Shown piece by piece: positions 1 through 9,782 of a stretch of 64,000 nucleotides of DNA (the first letter of the stretch is position 1; each line of letters starts with the position of its first letter). The notes beneath the pieces were generated by a model. That model saw only the letters and a list, made by a program, of their open reading frames with translations, ran no database searches and had not been told where the DNA came from. Origin of the DNA: an uncultured Chloroflexota bacterium (GTDB lineage: Bacteria > Chloroflexota > Limnocylindria > Limnocylindrales > CSP1-4); contig CAMTVM010000019.1 in the NCBI GenBank assembly GCA_947085195.1, positions 25,955-89,954 of the forward strand. The letters are read 5' to 3'. The translations under genes and the position numbers were made by a program.

Positions 1-2
1 TC

Positions 3-497
3 ACCTACGCCGCGAAGTACGTGGAGCGGATCGGCGAGGCGCTTGCTGCGGCGGATCCGCCGGGCGCCGCAGCCTACCGGGACGGTGTCGCAGCCTACGT
101 CGCGACCCTCAAGGACCTGGACGCCGAGCTGCGGACGAGGCTGGACACGATCCCGCCCTCCGATCGCACGGTGCTCTCGTTCCACGACGCGTTCCCGTAC
201 TTCGCCGCGGCCTACGGCCTCACCATCGACGGGACCATCGTGGACGCGCCCGGCCAGGACCCCAGTGCGGCGCAGATCTCGGAGCTCATCCGCGTCGTCC
301 GCGAGAAGGGCATCCGCGCGATCTTCGCCGAGGCGCAGTTCAGCGAGGACCTGGCCCGGACCATCGCCGACGAGACGGGCGCCACCGTCGTGTCCGGGCT
401 CTACACCGACAGCACGGGCGACGCGCCGCAGGACACGTACGTCGGGCTCATGCGCTGGAACGTGGACCAGGTCCTGGGGGTCCTCGCGGCTCCCTGA
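3..497 (+). CDS. Metal (Zn/Mn) ABC transporter substrate-binding protein, 5'-truncated by window edge
   Basis: FHDAFPYFAAAYGL motif, DPSAAQI, IFAE and YVGLMRWN are typical of the ZnuA/MntA/TroA family; frame is open from position 3. Confidence 0.85.
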   Translation, partial: TYAAKYVERIGEALAAADPPGAAAYRDGVAAYVATLKDLDAELRTRLDTIPPSDRTVLSFHDAFPYFAAAYGLTIDGTIVDAPGQDPSAAQISELIRVVREKGIRAIFAEAQFSEDLARTIADETGATVVSGLYTDSTGDAPQDTYVGLMRWNVDQVLGVLAAP

Positions 498-538
498 TCC
501 CGGGTGCGCGGGACGCCGGTCCGGGCGTCCCGCGCACA

Positions 539-1609
539 TCAGGTCGTCGGAGCCTGGCCCCCGGCGTCACCCTCCGCCCCAGCGGCCTCGGGCTGGGCCG
601 AGGACGGGGCCGCCGGCTGGGCCGAGGACGGGGCCGGGGCCGGGACCCCTCCCAGCGCGGCCGTCAGCTCATCCAGCGTGGGATAGCCCTCGCGCGCTCC
701 GGCCCGGGTCACCGAGAGGCTCGCGGCGACCACCGCGCGCCGCGCCGCCTGCTCAAGCGTCAGGCCACCCGCCAGCGCGGCGGCCAGCGCCCCATTGAGC
801 GCGTCGCCGGCGCCGGTTGCGTCGACTGCCTTCACTCGGGGCGCCTTGATGTCGATCGCCGGGCCGCCACGCCGCACGAGCACCGCTCCGCTGGGACCGA
901 GCGAGACCAGCATCGCCTCGCCGGCGCCCGGTCCCTCGCTGGTGGTCTCGAGCAGCGTCCGGGCCGCCCGGATCGTCTCCTCCGCTCCGGTGGCCGGGCG
1001 CCCCGAGCGTCGCGCGTCGTCCGCGACCAGCCGGGCCAGCTCCCCGCGGTTGGGCGTCAGGACATCGGCAAGCCCCAGGACCGAACGGTCCAGCCCGCCG
1101 GCTGGCGCCGGGTTGAGGATGGTCCAGGCGCCGCCCTCGCGGCCGATCCGGAGTGCCTCGCGGGCCGCGTCGGAGGGAACCTCGTGGTTTGTGATGACAA
1201 CGTCGCCCTCGTGGGGAGCGAGGCGCATCAGGGCCGCCCGCACATGTGCCGCGGTCAGGCCCGCGTTCGCGCCGGGTGCCACGGTGATCTGGTTCTCAGC
1301 CTTCGCGTCCACGATGATCAGGGCCACGCCGGTTGCCGTGTGCTCGAGCGTGACCAGGACGTCCGTACCCACGCCCTCGCGCGCCAGGGCGACCCGCGCC
1401 TCGTCGCCGAACGCGTCGTCACCGAGCGCGGCGACCAGCATGACCGGGACGCCCAGCCGGGCCGCAGCCACGGCCAGGTTGCCGCCCTTGCCGCCGTGGA
1501 AGCGGCTGAACGTGCCGCCCATGACGGTCTCGCCCGGCGACGGCAGGCGCTCGGTCCGGATCACGAGATCCACGTTGACCGATCCGACGACCAGAACCCG
1601 ACCGCTCAT
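539..1609 (-). CDS. rbsK: Ribokinase (PfkB family)
   Basis: VVGSVNVDL, GGKGGN, NPAPA and DATGAGD PfkB signatures. Confidence 0.85.
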   Translation of the reverse strand: MSGRVLVVGSVNVDLVIRTERLPSPGETVMGGTFSRFHGGKGGNLAVAAARLGVPVMLVAALGDDAFGDEARVALAREGVGTDVLVTLEHTATGVALIIVDAKAENQITVAPGANAGLTAAHVRAALMRLAPHEGDVVITNHEVPSDAAREALRIGREGGAWTILNPAPAGGLDRSVLGLADVLTPNRGELARLVADDARRSGRPATGAEETIRAARTLLETTSEGPGAGEAMLVSLGPSGAVLVRRGGPAIDIKAPRVKAVDATGAGDALNGALAAALAGGLTLEQAARRAVVAASLSVTRAGAREGYPTLDELTAALGGVPAPAPSSAQPAAPSSAQPEAAGAEGDAGGQAPTT

Positions 1610-1636
1610 CGGATGGATACCCCTTCCGCTGTCCGG

Positions 1637-2458
1637 CTACGACCCGGTGATGTACTCGCCACCGTCGACGCCGATGACCTCGCCATTGATGAAATCCGTG
1701 CCCTCACCGGACAGCGCGAGGATCGTGCCGGCCACGTCCTGGGGCGTCGTCATCCGCCCGGTGGGGTTCCGCCGCGTGGCGGACTCGATGATCGCATCGT
1801 GCTCCGGGATCTTCATCAGCGCCGGGGTCATGGTCACGCCCGCACGGATGGTGTTGGCCGTGATGCCCGTACCCAGCCGCGCCAGCTCCATCGCCAGCTG
1901 CCGGGTGTGGGACTCGAGGGCGGCCTTGGCGGACGAGACGACCCCGTAGCTGGGCACCACGCGGGTCGAGCCCTCCGAGGTCATCGCGTAGATCCTGGAT
2001 CCGCGCTCCAGGAACCCGCCCCGCCACAGGTCCTGCACCCAGTAGACGAGGCTGTTCGCCATGACGTCCTGGGTCATCTCCATCTTCTTGCGGTCAACGC
2101 CGGCCTTCGGATCCTCGGTGAGGAACGGGACCAGCGAGCCGAAGGCGAGCGAGTGCATGACGACGCGCACGTACGGATGCCGGCCATCGGCCCGCGACCG
2201 GTCGAAGCGCTCGCGGAGCGATGCCAGGGCCGCGGCGCGCTTGTCGTCGTCGGCGGCGTTCATGTTGAGGTAGACCGCCTCGGAGCCGAGGGCGACGATC
2301 TTCGCCTTGACCTCCTCGACGTGGGCGATCGCGGCACGGAAGTCGAGGTGGATGCCGGCGATTCGGTACCCGTTCGCGGCGAGCGCGAGCGCGGTGGCCT
2401 CGCCCATCCCCGAGGACGCCCCGAGGATCAGGGCCCAGCGCTCGCGGTCGTCGGTCAT
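1637..2458 (-). CDS. SDR oxidoreductase, enoyl-ACP reductase (FabI/FabL)-like
   Basis: GASSGMG Rossmann motif, YGVVSSAKAALES (Yx6K), C-terminal VDGG. Confidence 0.8.
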   Translation of the reverse strand: MTDDRERWALILGASSGMGEATALALAANGYRIAGIHLDFRAAIAHVEEVKAKIVALGSEAVYLNMNAADDDKRAAALASLRERFDRSRADGRHPYVRVVMHSLAFGSLVPFLTEDPKAGVDRKKMEMTQDVMANSLVYWVQDLWRGGFLERGSRIYAMTSEGSTRVVPSYGVVSSAKAALESHTRQLAMELARLGTGITANTIRAGVTMTPALMKIPEHDAIIESATRRNPTGRMTTPQDVAGTILALSGEGTDFINGEVIGVDGGEYITGS

Positions 2459-2619
2459 CGGACTCCTCCGGAAGGTCGTGTGGTCCAGCGGCAGGGGGCG
2501 CGGCCCGGACGATGCGAGTCTACCAGCGCCACTCCCGGACGATCGCGACAGGGCGTGCTACGTTGCCGATCGTCCCACTCGGCGATCACCCCATCAGGAG
2601 CCGTCACGGAGCAGCGCGC

Positions 2620-3942
2620 ATGAACCTGCTGAACGTGAATCTCGACCCGGCGCTCCTGCTGCTGGTGGTCCCGCTGCTCGTGCTGCAGGTTGGGCTGCTC
2701 GTCGCGGCCGTCGTTGACCTGCTCCGGACGGACCGTCACGTCCGGGGCGGGAGCAAGGGCCTGTGGGCGATGATCATCGTCTTCGTCAACGTGATCGGGC
2801 CGATCCTGTACTTCCTGATCGGGCGGGTGGACGTTCCTGTCGGCGACGCGGAGCCCGGCCAGGCCGCGGCGCCGGGCTGGGGCAGCCCGCACGACCCGCC
2901 GCTCGTCGTCCCGGGGACCGTCCCGGCCGTGACGCCCCTTGCTGCCCCGCCCGCCACGTCACCGGCTCTCGCCGCGAAGGCTCCGTCGGACGCGCCCGCA
3001 GCCATCGTCGTGGAGGGTCTCACGCGCCGGTACCCGGGCGTCGTCGCGCTCGACGCCCTGTCGCTCGTCGTCCCCGCGGGTTCGGTATTCGGCCTGCTCG
3101 GACCCAACGGAGCGGGCAAGACCACCTGTTTGCGACTCCTCGCGGGCCTGGGATGGCCGACCTCAGGACGGGCCCTCGTCGCCGGCCTTCCGGTCTCGGC
3201 CGACGATCCGGCGGTTCGCCGATCGCTAGGGTTCCTCGAACAGGACCCGCGAGCCTACGGGTGGATGACCGGCCGTGAGCAGCTCCGCTTCCTCGGCCGC
3301 CTGCACGGCCTCGACGGCGCGTCGCTGGATCGCGCCGTCACCGATGCGCTGGCGCGGGTGGGGCTGGACGCGGCCGCGGACCGGCGGGCCGGAACGTACT
3401 CCGGCGGCATGCGCCAGCGGCTGGGCATCGGCGGGGCGCTCGTCCATCGCCCACCGGTCGTTGTCCTGGACGAGCCGGTGAGCGCCCTTGACCCGGAGGG
3501 TCGGCGGGACGTGCTGGAGCTGATCGCCGGGCTCCGAGGCGAGACCACCGTCCTGTTCTCATCGCACGTCCTGGCCGACGTCGAGCGGATCTGCGACCGG
3601 GTCGGGATCCTGGACCGCGGCCGGCTGATCGTGGAGGGCCCGCTGGGCGACCTGCTGGACCGGTACGCGCTGCCGGTCTGGCGGATCGAGGCGGAGCCCG
3701 GCCAGGGGCAGGCGGTCGAGGTGGTGGCCGCTCGGCTGCGGGCCCTCGAGTGGGTCACGGCGGTCGGCGTGGAGCACGGGCTGCTGACGGTCGCCGTCGC
3801 CGATCCCGCCCGCGCGTCCCGTGAGCTGCTCCAGATCGTCGGGGCGGCGGAGCTGGCGGTGGTCGCCGTCGCGCGGGCGCGGCCAACGCTCGAGGACGTC
3901 TTCCTCCGGTTGACCGGCGAGTCCCGCGAGGCCGCGGCATGA
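2620..3942 (+). CDS. PLDc N-terminal membrane domain fused to ABC transporter ATPase (YxlE-YxlF-like)
   Basis: ATG at 2620; KGLWAMIIVFVNVIGPILYFLIGR (PLDc_N), Pro/Ala linker, GPNGAGKT, YSGGMRQR, LDEP. Confidence 0.85.
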   Translation: MNLLNVNLDPALLLLVVPLLVLQVGLLVAAVVDLLRTDRHVRGGSKGLWAMIIVFVNVIGPILYFLIGRVDVPVGDAEPGQAAAPGWGSPHDPPLVVPGTVPAVTPLAAPPATSPALAAKAPSDAPAAIVVEGLTRRYPGVVALDALSLVVPAGSVFGLLGPNGAGKTTCLRLLAGLGWPTSGRALVAGLPVSADDPAVRRSLGFLEQDPRAYGWMTGREQLRFLGRLHGLDGASLDRAVTDALARVGLDAAADRRAGTYSGGMRQRLGIGGALVHRPPVVVLDEPVSALDPEGRRDVLELIAGLRGETTVLFSSHVLADVERICDRVGILDRGRLIVEGPLGDLLDRYALPVWRIEAEPGQGQAVEVVAARLRALEWVTAVGVEHGLLTVAVADPARASRELLQIVGAAELAVVAVARARPTLEDVFLRLTGESREAAA

Positions 3943-4712
3943 GCGGTTTCGGCATCCTCCTCCGGAAGGAGCTTTGGGAGGCCTGGCGGACCCGGCGTCT
4001 GCCCATGGTCGCGGTGCTGTTCGTCGTCATCGGGATCATCTCGCCCCTCACCGCGCGGTATCTCAACGAGATCCTGGCCGTCGCGCTGGGCGACCAGCTG
4101 CCGGTGGCGCTGCCGGAGCCCACGGTCGCGACGGCGCTGGAGCAACTCCAGAAGAACCTCGGCCAGATCGGCGCGCTTGCCGCGATCGCCCTCGCCATGG
4201 GGAGCGTCTCGGGCGAGCTGGACCGTGGGACCGCGGCGCTGGTGCTGGCGCAGCCCGTCGGCCGGCCCGCATTCCTCGGGGCCAAGCTGCTCGCGATCGC
4301 CGTCGTGCTCGGCGCCGCGACGCTGCTCGCGTCCGCGGTCGCCTGGGCCTACACCACGATCCTGTTCGAGCCCGTGCCGGCGGGCGGGTGGCTGGCGATG
4401 ACCGCCCTGTCATGGCTGGCCCTGGTCGCATGGGCGGCTCTCACGTTCCTCGCGTCGGCGGCCACCGGCTCCACGACGGCGGCTGCGGGCCTCGGGTTCG
4501 TCGCGCTGGTGGGCCTGGGCATCCTGGCGATCGTGCCAGCGGTAGACCGCTTCCTCCCGACGGGGCTGGCGGCACCGGCGATCGCATTTGCGGGGGGGGC
4601 GGGGGCCACCGTGGACGGCGGGCGGCTGGCCACCGCGGTCGCCGGATCCGTCATCCTGATTGCGATCTCGCTGGCAGGGGCGCTGACAGCGTTCCGCCGC
4701 CGCGAGCTGTAG
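3939..4712 (+). CDS. ABC-2 type transporter permease (YxlG-like)
   Basis: LLRKELWEAWRT start, ELDRGT motif, multiple TM segments, FRRREL end; ATGA overlap with upstream ATPase. Confidence 0.85.
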   Translation: MSGFGILLRKELWEAWRTRRLPMVAVLFVVIGIISPLTARYLNEILAVALGDQLPVALPEPTVATALEQLQKNLGQIGALAAIALAMGSVSGELDRGTAALVLAQPVGRPAFLGAKLLAIAVVLGAATLLASAVAWAYTTILFEPVPAGGWLAMTALSWLALVAWAALTFLASAATGSTTAAAGLGFVALVGLGILAIVPAVDRFLPTGLAAPAIAFAGGAGATVDGGRLATAVAGSVILIAISLAGALTAFRRREL

Positions 4713-4856
4713 GGCCCTGGATCGCTCGCCGGCTCCCGAGCGGGTCATGGTCCAGCAGGCCCTCGGACGGTCCCGAGCGGACCGACACGAACGGCGCCCT
4801 CTCGGGCGCCGTTGCTGGAGGCTGGGCGGCTGGTCCGGGACGCTCCCGGCCGGGCG

Positions 4857-5069
4857 TCAGGCGCGGGCCTGGCGCTCCATGCGGCGCTGGAAGCGCTCGA
4901 CCTGGCCGGCCGTGTCGATGATGTTCTGCTTGCCCGTGAAGAAGGGGTGGCAGTTGCTGCAGACGTCGACGCGCAGCACTTCGCGAGTGGAGCCGAGTTC
5001 GAAGTCAAGGCCGCACGAGCCGCAGTGGACCTTCGCCTGGTGATACTTGGGGTGGATGCTGGGCTTCAC
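4857..5069 (-). CDS. rpmE: 50S ribosomal protein L31 (Zn-binding type)
   Basis: MKPSIHPKY, CGSC...CSNCHPFFTGKQ. Confidence 0.97.
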   Translation of the reverse strand: MKPSIHPKYHQAKVHCGSCGLDFELGSTREVLRVDVCSNCHPFFTGKQNIIDTAGQVERFQRRMERQARA

Positions 5070-5137
5070 GAGGGCTCCTCAGGCGCCGTCCGAGCGGGTC
5101 ATGCCCGCCGGTGGTCGCCGCTCTGGTTCGACGGGAT

Positions 5138-5419
5138 CTAGGCCTCGGCCGCGGCCGGCTCGGCCGCCACCGGGATCACCCGGATGCGCTTCTTGTCGCG
5201 GGTCTCATGCTCGAAGCGCACCTTCCCGTCGATCTTGGCAAAGATCGTGTAGTCATGACCGAGGCCGGCGCCCTCGCCCGCCTTGAAGGTCATCCCGCGC
5301 TGGCGGACGATGATCGAGCCCGACCGGACCAACTGGCCGTCGCCGGCCTTGACGCCGAGCCGCTGGCCGACGCTGTCGCGGCCGTTCTTCGAACTCGATC
5401 CTGCTTTCTTGTGCGCCAT
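5138..5419 (-). CDS. rpmA: 50S ribosomal protein L27
   Basis: [16 protein letters not shown]...IIVRQRG. Confidence 0.97.
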   Translation of the reverse strand: MAHKKAGSSSKNGRDSVGQRLGVKAGDGQLVRSGSIIVRQRGMTFKAGEGAGLGHDYTIFAKIDGKVRFEHETRDKKRIRVIPVAAEPAAAEA

Positions 5420-5422
5420 CGC

Positions 5423-6070
5423 TTACTCGTCCTTCTTCGCGCGGGGCCGCTTGCGCGGCGCCGCTTCCGGAGTCTCGTCGGTCGCCGCGGCCTCGTCGGC
5501 CTTCGGGGCCTCGGCCTCGGAGGTGGTGTCGGCCGTGGCCGCCTTGGCGCGGGTGCGCTTAGGGGCGGCAGGGGCCTTGACGGACGTGTCGGGCCCAGCG
5601 GCGGACGCGTCAGGGCCCGCGGCGGTCGGACCGGCCGCGAGCTTCGCGGCGAGGGCAGCGTCCTCGGCGGCCTGGCGGGCGGCGGCCTCCTCGATCATCC
5701 TGCGTGCTTCGGCCTTGCTGCTCGCCGGCTTCTCGACCCCCTCGGCGGCGCTCCTGCCGTTGAAGCGGATGTCTGCGATCCGCAGCACCGTCAGGTCCTG
5801 GCGATGGCCCTTCTTCACCCTGCGCCGGGCCTTGGGGCGGTACTTGAACGCGATGACCTTGTCACCGCGGGTCTGGCCGACAACCTCGGCCTCGACAGCT
5901 GCACCGTCCACGACGGGGGTGCCGACGGCAGCCTCGGCCCCGTCGACGACGAGGAGCACGCGCTCCAGCGTGATCGACTGGCCCGGCTCGACGTCGAGCA
6001 GCTCAACCTCGAGCTGGGTGCCGACCTCGACGCGGTACTGCTTCCCGCCGGTCTCGATGACTGCGTACAT
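5423..6070 (-). CDS. rplU: 50S ribosomal protein L21 with long Ala/Lys/Pro-rich C-terminal extension
   Basis: MYAVIETGGKQYRV...KKGHRQ; start ATG at 6070. Confidence 0.95.
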   Translation of the reverse strand: MYAVIETGGKQYRVEVGTQLEVELLDVEPGQSITLERVLLVVDGAEAAVGTPVVDGAAVEAEVVGQTRGDKVIAFKYRPKARRRVKKGHRQDLTVLRIADIRFNGRSAAEGVEKPASSKAEARRMIEEAAARQAAEDAALAAKLAAGPTAAGPDASAAGPDTSVKAPAAPKRTRAKAATADTTSEAEAPKADEAAATDETPEAAPRKRPRAKKDE

Positions 6071-6157
6071 GGGTCCTCGGAAAGAGCGATGGCGGTCGCG
6101 GGCAACCGCGACGCGGACACGGAAAGACGCCTGCGGCCTTCGCGGGCGCGAACGGAG

Positions 6158-6187
6158 AGTGTAGGGTGGATCAACCGCGGGCGTCAA
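6158..6187 (-). promoter_or_regulatory. sigma70-type promoter of rplU-rpmA-rpmE
   Basis: TTGACG-N18-TACACT on minus strand ~90 nt upstream of rplU. Confidence 0.7.
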
Positions 6188-6860
6188 AGCCCGCGCTGCC
6201 GGCTGTCGGACGCCAGCGATTCTGTCCGATGCAGGGCGTGACTATTCCGGGCGCATCGGGGGTCAACGCGGGCGTACCGGGGGTCCCACCGGTCATCGGC
6301 GCGGTTGCCCTCCGCCCGATCCCGCCCATGTCGTGCTCACGAGCCGCGACGGACCCCCCGACGCGGCGGGGAACACCGCGCCACCGGCGCTCGCTGTGGC
6401 CCTGATCGTCACCGCCTGACTCCGGCGACCCTCGCGCCGGCCGTCACGGACCGACCCGCACGGAGAATGAGCTGCTTCTGCGGCCACGCGAGCATCCCGG
6501 CGTCCGTGCCGGCGCGCGTGGGACGTCACCCTCGTTCCGCCATCCAGTCCGCGGACGACTGCTGGTCACGGCGCCACGGAGGACCCTGACCTGATCCGGA
6601 GCCTGTTGCCGCGCGGAGACCCGCCGGACACGCGGGTGGTGGTTCCGGGGCCGGCTCCTGCGGTCCCGTGCCGCCCGGGCGGCCGGTGTCGCGCTGTCCA
6701 CCAGTCGTGCTCCGACTCGTTGGCAGAACCGTCCGGCCGGGGGTGGCGGGCGGGCGGACGGACCAGCACAGCAGGCCGGGCGACGGACTCGAGCATCCGC
6801 CGTACGGCTCGGTCGTCGGGCGACCGACGGGAGGGTAGCGGGCCCCCGCCGGCGCCGCCC

Positions 6861-7739
6861 CTAGCGTCGTGGTCCGTGCGCCGTCCTCGGACCCCCGGTG
6901 CCCGGCCCCGAACGCTGCCCTGCGGACCGGGGGGATTTCTCGCCGACCGGCGGGGCGGCGAGGAGCAGACGCTCACGAACCAGGTCGCGGACCCCAAGGG
7001 GGAGCCCCGCTTGCTCCTCGAGCGCGGCGATCAGCTCGTCCGGCCTCCCGACGCCCGTCCCCGGATCATGGCGGAGGATCATCCGAAGGATCGCGGGTGC
7101 GATCCCGGGCTCGGCCGCACCGACCACACCGGCCAGGTCGGTCAGGTCAGGCGCATCCCCCACCTCGATCGCCTCCACGAACGGCCGCAGGTCGTAGGTC
7201 ACCGACGACTCACCCTTCCGGCGCTCGCGCGGGAGCGACGTCATGGCGCACAGGGCCTCCGCCGCGGCGCGCACGACCTCGATATCCACGGCCGCGCCCA
7301 GAACGGCGCGGTAGACGGAGGCCTTGACGCGTCCGGGCAGGGGCGCCTCCCCCAACCACACGTCGTACACGTCCACCAGCGAGTGGCCAGTCGGAAGACC
7401 GTTCGCGAGGGCCTCGCGCACGCGCCAGCGCGGAAGCCGGTCCGTCAGCCAGACGTCCAGCAGCTCGGCCTCGCCGGGGATCGTAGCCGCCAGTGGGGCC
7501 GCAGCGGCGAACCTCGGCCGGGCGCGCGGACCGTCCAGCCCCGCCACCGGGAGGCCGGAGTCCGCGAACGCTGCCTCCCACGCAGCCTGCTGCGATCGCT
7601 GGGCCTCGTCGGGCCCGAGCGCGGCGCGCGCCAGGACCAGCCGCCAGCGCTGGACCGGATCCCGCGGCTGGACCGGCTCGTTCGGAGGGGGCGGATGGTG
7701 CTGGGGAGCCGCGTCGGGGAGCAAGGAATGGTTCGTCAC
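6861..7739 (-). CDS. TIGR03936/DUF2344 radical SAM-linked protein
   Basis: QRWRL, SGLPVA, PRFAAAAPLA, GEAELLDV, RKG..YDLRP, GRPDEL pattern; start (GTG 7739) uncertain. Confidence 0.7.
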   Translation of the reverse strand: MTNHSLLPDAAPQHHPPPPNEPVQPRDPVQRWRLVLARAALGPDEAQRSQQAAWEAAFADSGLPVAGLDGPRARPRFAAAAPLAATIPGEAELLDVWLTDRLPRWRVREALANGLPTGHSLVDVYDVWLGEAPLPGRVKASVYRAVLGAAVDIEVVRAAAEALCAMTSLPRERRKGESSVTYDLRPFVEAIEVGDAPDLTDLAGVVGAAEPGIAPAILRMILRHDPGTGVGRPDELIAALEEQAGLPLGVRDLVRERLLLAAPPVGEKSPRSAGQRSGPGTGGPRTAHGPRR

Positions 7740-7865
7740 GCGTGTTAGTCTGCCGCCGATGCAGCCAGCCGTCCCGATGGAGCCTGTCCAGTCGATCCGG
7801 TACCGGCGACCGTCCGTCGCCCGCGCGTCCCGACGGGGCGTCGGCGCCACCTGTGGGGTCGTTCC

Positions 7866-8582
7866 GTGAGCGTCCCCAACCCCTACCGGATCCTTCAGGT
7901 CGATCCCGAGGCCGAGCACGAGGTCATCGTGGCGGCCTATCGCCGGCTCGCTCGCAAGTACCACCCCGACGTCGCCGCCGGCCCTGACGCCCAGGTGCGG
8001 ATGGTGCGGATCAACCAGGCCTGGGAGATCCTGCGTGACCCGGTGCGGCGCGCGGCCGTGGACCGCGCACTGGCGCGCGCCTCCGCCACCGCGGCCCGCG
8101 TGACCGCCGCGGACGCCCACGAACGCACAAGGACCGGCTCCACGCCATCCGCCGGCTCCGTCGCCCGGTCGTCAGGTTTTGCAAACGCTGGCGCCAGCCC
8201 GACGTGGCCCCTCAAGGACATGCAGGACCTCCACGGCGGCTTCGGAGAAGGATCGGATCGGGTCTCACCCAACCGGCCCGCCGGCCGCTCAGGAACCGGC
8301 GGTGGCTACGACGCCCGGACGATGGGGACGGCCCAGGGCCACGGCGCCGCCGGACCACCACCGGGCAACCCTTCCGGCAGCGTCCTCAACTTCGGCCGGT
8401 ACGCGGGCTGGTCGCTGGACGAGGTCGCGCGCGTGGATCTCGAATACCTCGAGTGGCTGGACCGGATGCCGATCGGGCGGGGCTACCAGGCAGAGATCGA
8501 CGCGCTGCTGCGGTCCCACGGGCGCCGGATCGCCACGCCGACCATCGAGCCGCGGCGACGAGGGCTCTTCGGCAGGCGCTGA
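7866..8582 (+). CDS. J-domain protein with C-terminal DUF3820-like domain
   Basis: PYRILQV...YRRLARKYHPD...INQAWEILRDP; C-terminal LNFGRYAGWSL...YLEWL. Confidence 0.8.
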   Translation: MSVPNPYRILQVDPEAEHEVIVAAYRRLARKYHPDVAAGPDAQVRMVRINQAWEILRDPVRRAAVDRALARASATAARVTAADAHERTRTGSTPSAGSVARSSGFANAGASPTWPLKDMQDLHGGFGEGSDRVSPNRPAGRSGTGGGYDARTMGTAQGHGAAGPPPGNPSGSVLNFGRYAGWSLDEVARVDLEYLEWLDRMPIGRGYQAEIDALLRSHGRRIATPTIEPRRRGLFGRR

Positions 8583-8610
8583 CCCCGACGACGGCCCGCC
8601 GGCGACGTCC

Positions 8611-9771
8611 CTACCACTCCGCCCGGCGCTGGCGGATGTTGATGCTCTGCACGACCCCCAGCCCGATCGCGAGGCTCACCAGCGAGGATCCGCCGTGAGT
8701 GATGAACGGCAGGGGGATGCCGGTGATCGGCAGGATCCCGATCACCATGCCGATGTTGACGAACACCTGGAACAGCACCATCGAGGCCAGGCCGGCGCCG
8801 AGCAGCGTGCCGAACGGATCGCGGGAGCGCCAGGCGCAGGCGAGGATCCGCCAGATCAGCGCCGTGAACAGGACGAACACGACGAGCGCGCCGATGAACC
8901 CCATCTCCTGGGCCAGCACGGCGAACACGAAGTCGCTCTCCTGGACCGGCAGGAAGTTGCCGCGACTCTGGGTGCTGTTGGTGAGCCCTGTGCCGAGCAG
9001 CCCGCCCGACCCCACCGCGATCTGTGACTGGATCAGCTGCCAGCTGGAGCCCTGCACGTCGGCGGCGGGGTCCAGGAACGAGAGGATCCGGTCCTTCTGG
9101 TAGTCGAGCAACACGTAGGTCCACGCCAGCGGGATGGCCGCCAGGGCGCCCGCCGCCATCGCGAGCAGCCAGCGGAGGCTCGCCCCGGACATGAACAGCA
9201 TTCCCGCGAGGATCGCAATGAGGACCAGGGACGTGCCGAGGTCGGGCTGCAGCATCACCAGGAGCACCGGCGGCACCATGAGCAGGCACGCGCCCACGAT
9301 CGACGACAGCGAGTCCAGGCTGCCCTCGCGGTTGCCCAGGTACGCGGCCAGCACGATCATCATCAGGATCTTCGCCAGCTCGGAGAACTGGAACGTGAGT
9401 GGGCCGATGCTCACCCAGCGGGCCGAGCCGCCCACCCCATCCCCGATGGCGAGGGTCAGGACCAGCAGCCCCACGTTGGCCCCGTAGATCGGCCAGGCCA
9501 GCGTCTTGAGCCAGTGGTAGTCGAACAGGGTCACCACCGTGAACACCACCATCGCCAGCGCGGACCACATCAGCGCCCGCGAGAAGACCGTGCCGCCGGC
9601 GAGGACCGACTGGCCCGCCTCCACGCTGTTCGTGTACGCCATGACCAGGCCGATGGCCCCGAGGAGCGCCGCGTACGTCGTGAGCTGCAGGTCGTAGGCG
9701 CGCCAGGCCACCCCGACCGACCGTGAGGTCATGCCGGCGAAGCGTCCGGGCTCAGCCCGCATCACGCGCAT
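8611..9771 (-). CDS. rodA: Rod shape-determining protein RodA (SEDS family)
   Basis: ARW, FQFSELAK, QPDLGT, QSQIAVGSGG, SDFVFAV, GIPLPFITHGGSS; follows PBP2. Confidence 0.92.
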   Translation of the reverse strand: MRVMRAEPGRFAGMTSRSVGVAWRAYDLQLTTYAALLGAIGLVMAYTNSVEAGQSVLAGGTVFSRALMWSALAMVVFTVVTLFDYHWLKTLAWPIYGANVGLLVLTLAIGDGVGGSARWVSIGPLTFQFSELAKILMMIVLAAYLGNREGSLDSLSSIVGACLLMVPPVLLVMLQPDLGTSLVLIAILAGMLFMSGASLRWLLAMAAGALAAIPLAWTYVLLDYQKDRILSFLDPAADVQGSSWQLIQSQIAVGSGGLLGTGLTNSTQSRGNFLPVQESDFVFAVLAQEMGFIGALVVFVLFTALIWRILACAWRSRDPFGTLLGAGLASMVLFQVFVNIGMVIGILPITGIPLPFITHGGSSLVSLAIGLGVVQSINIRQRRAEW

Positions 9772-9782
9772 CGACTCAATCC

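Noticed and set aside
591-635. 21-bp direct repeat in the ribokinase 3' end
   Set aside because: Simple in-frame duplication encoding APSSAQP in a disordered tail
6190-6860. Short ORFs in the rplU-TIGR03936 gap
   Set aside because: No RBS, motif or codon-bias support for any of them
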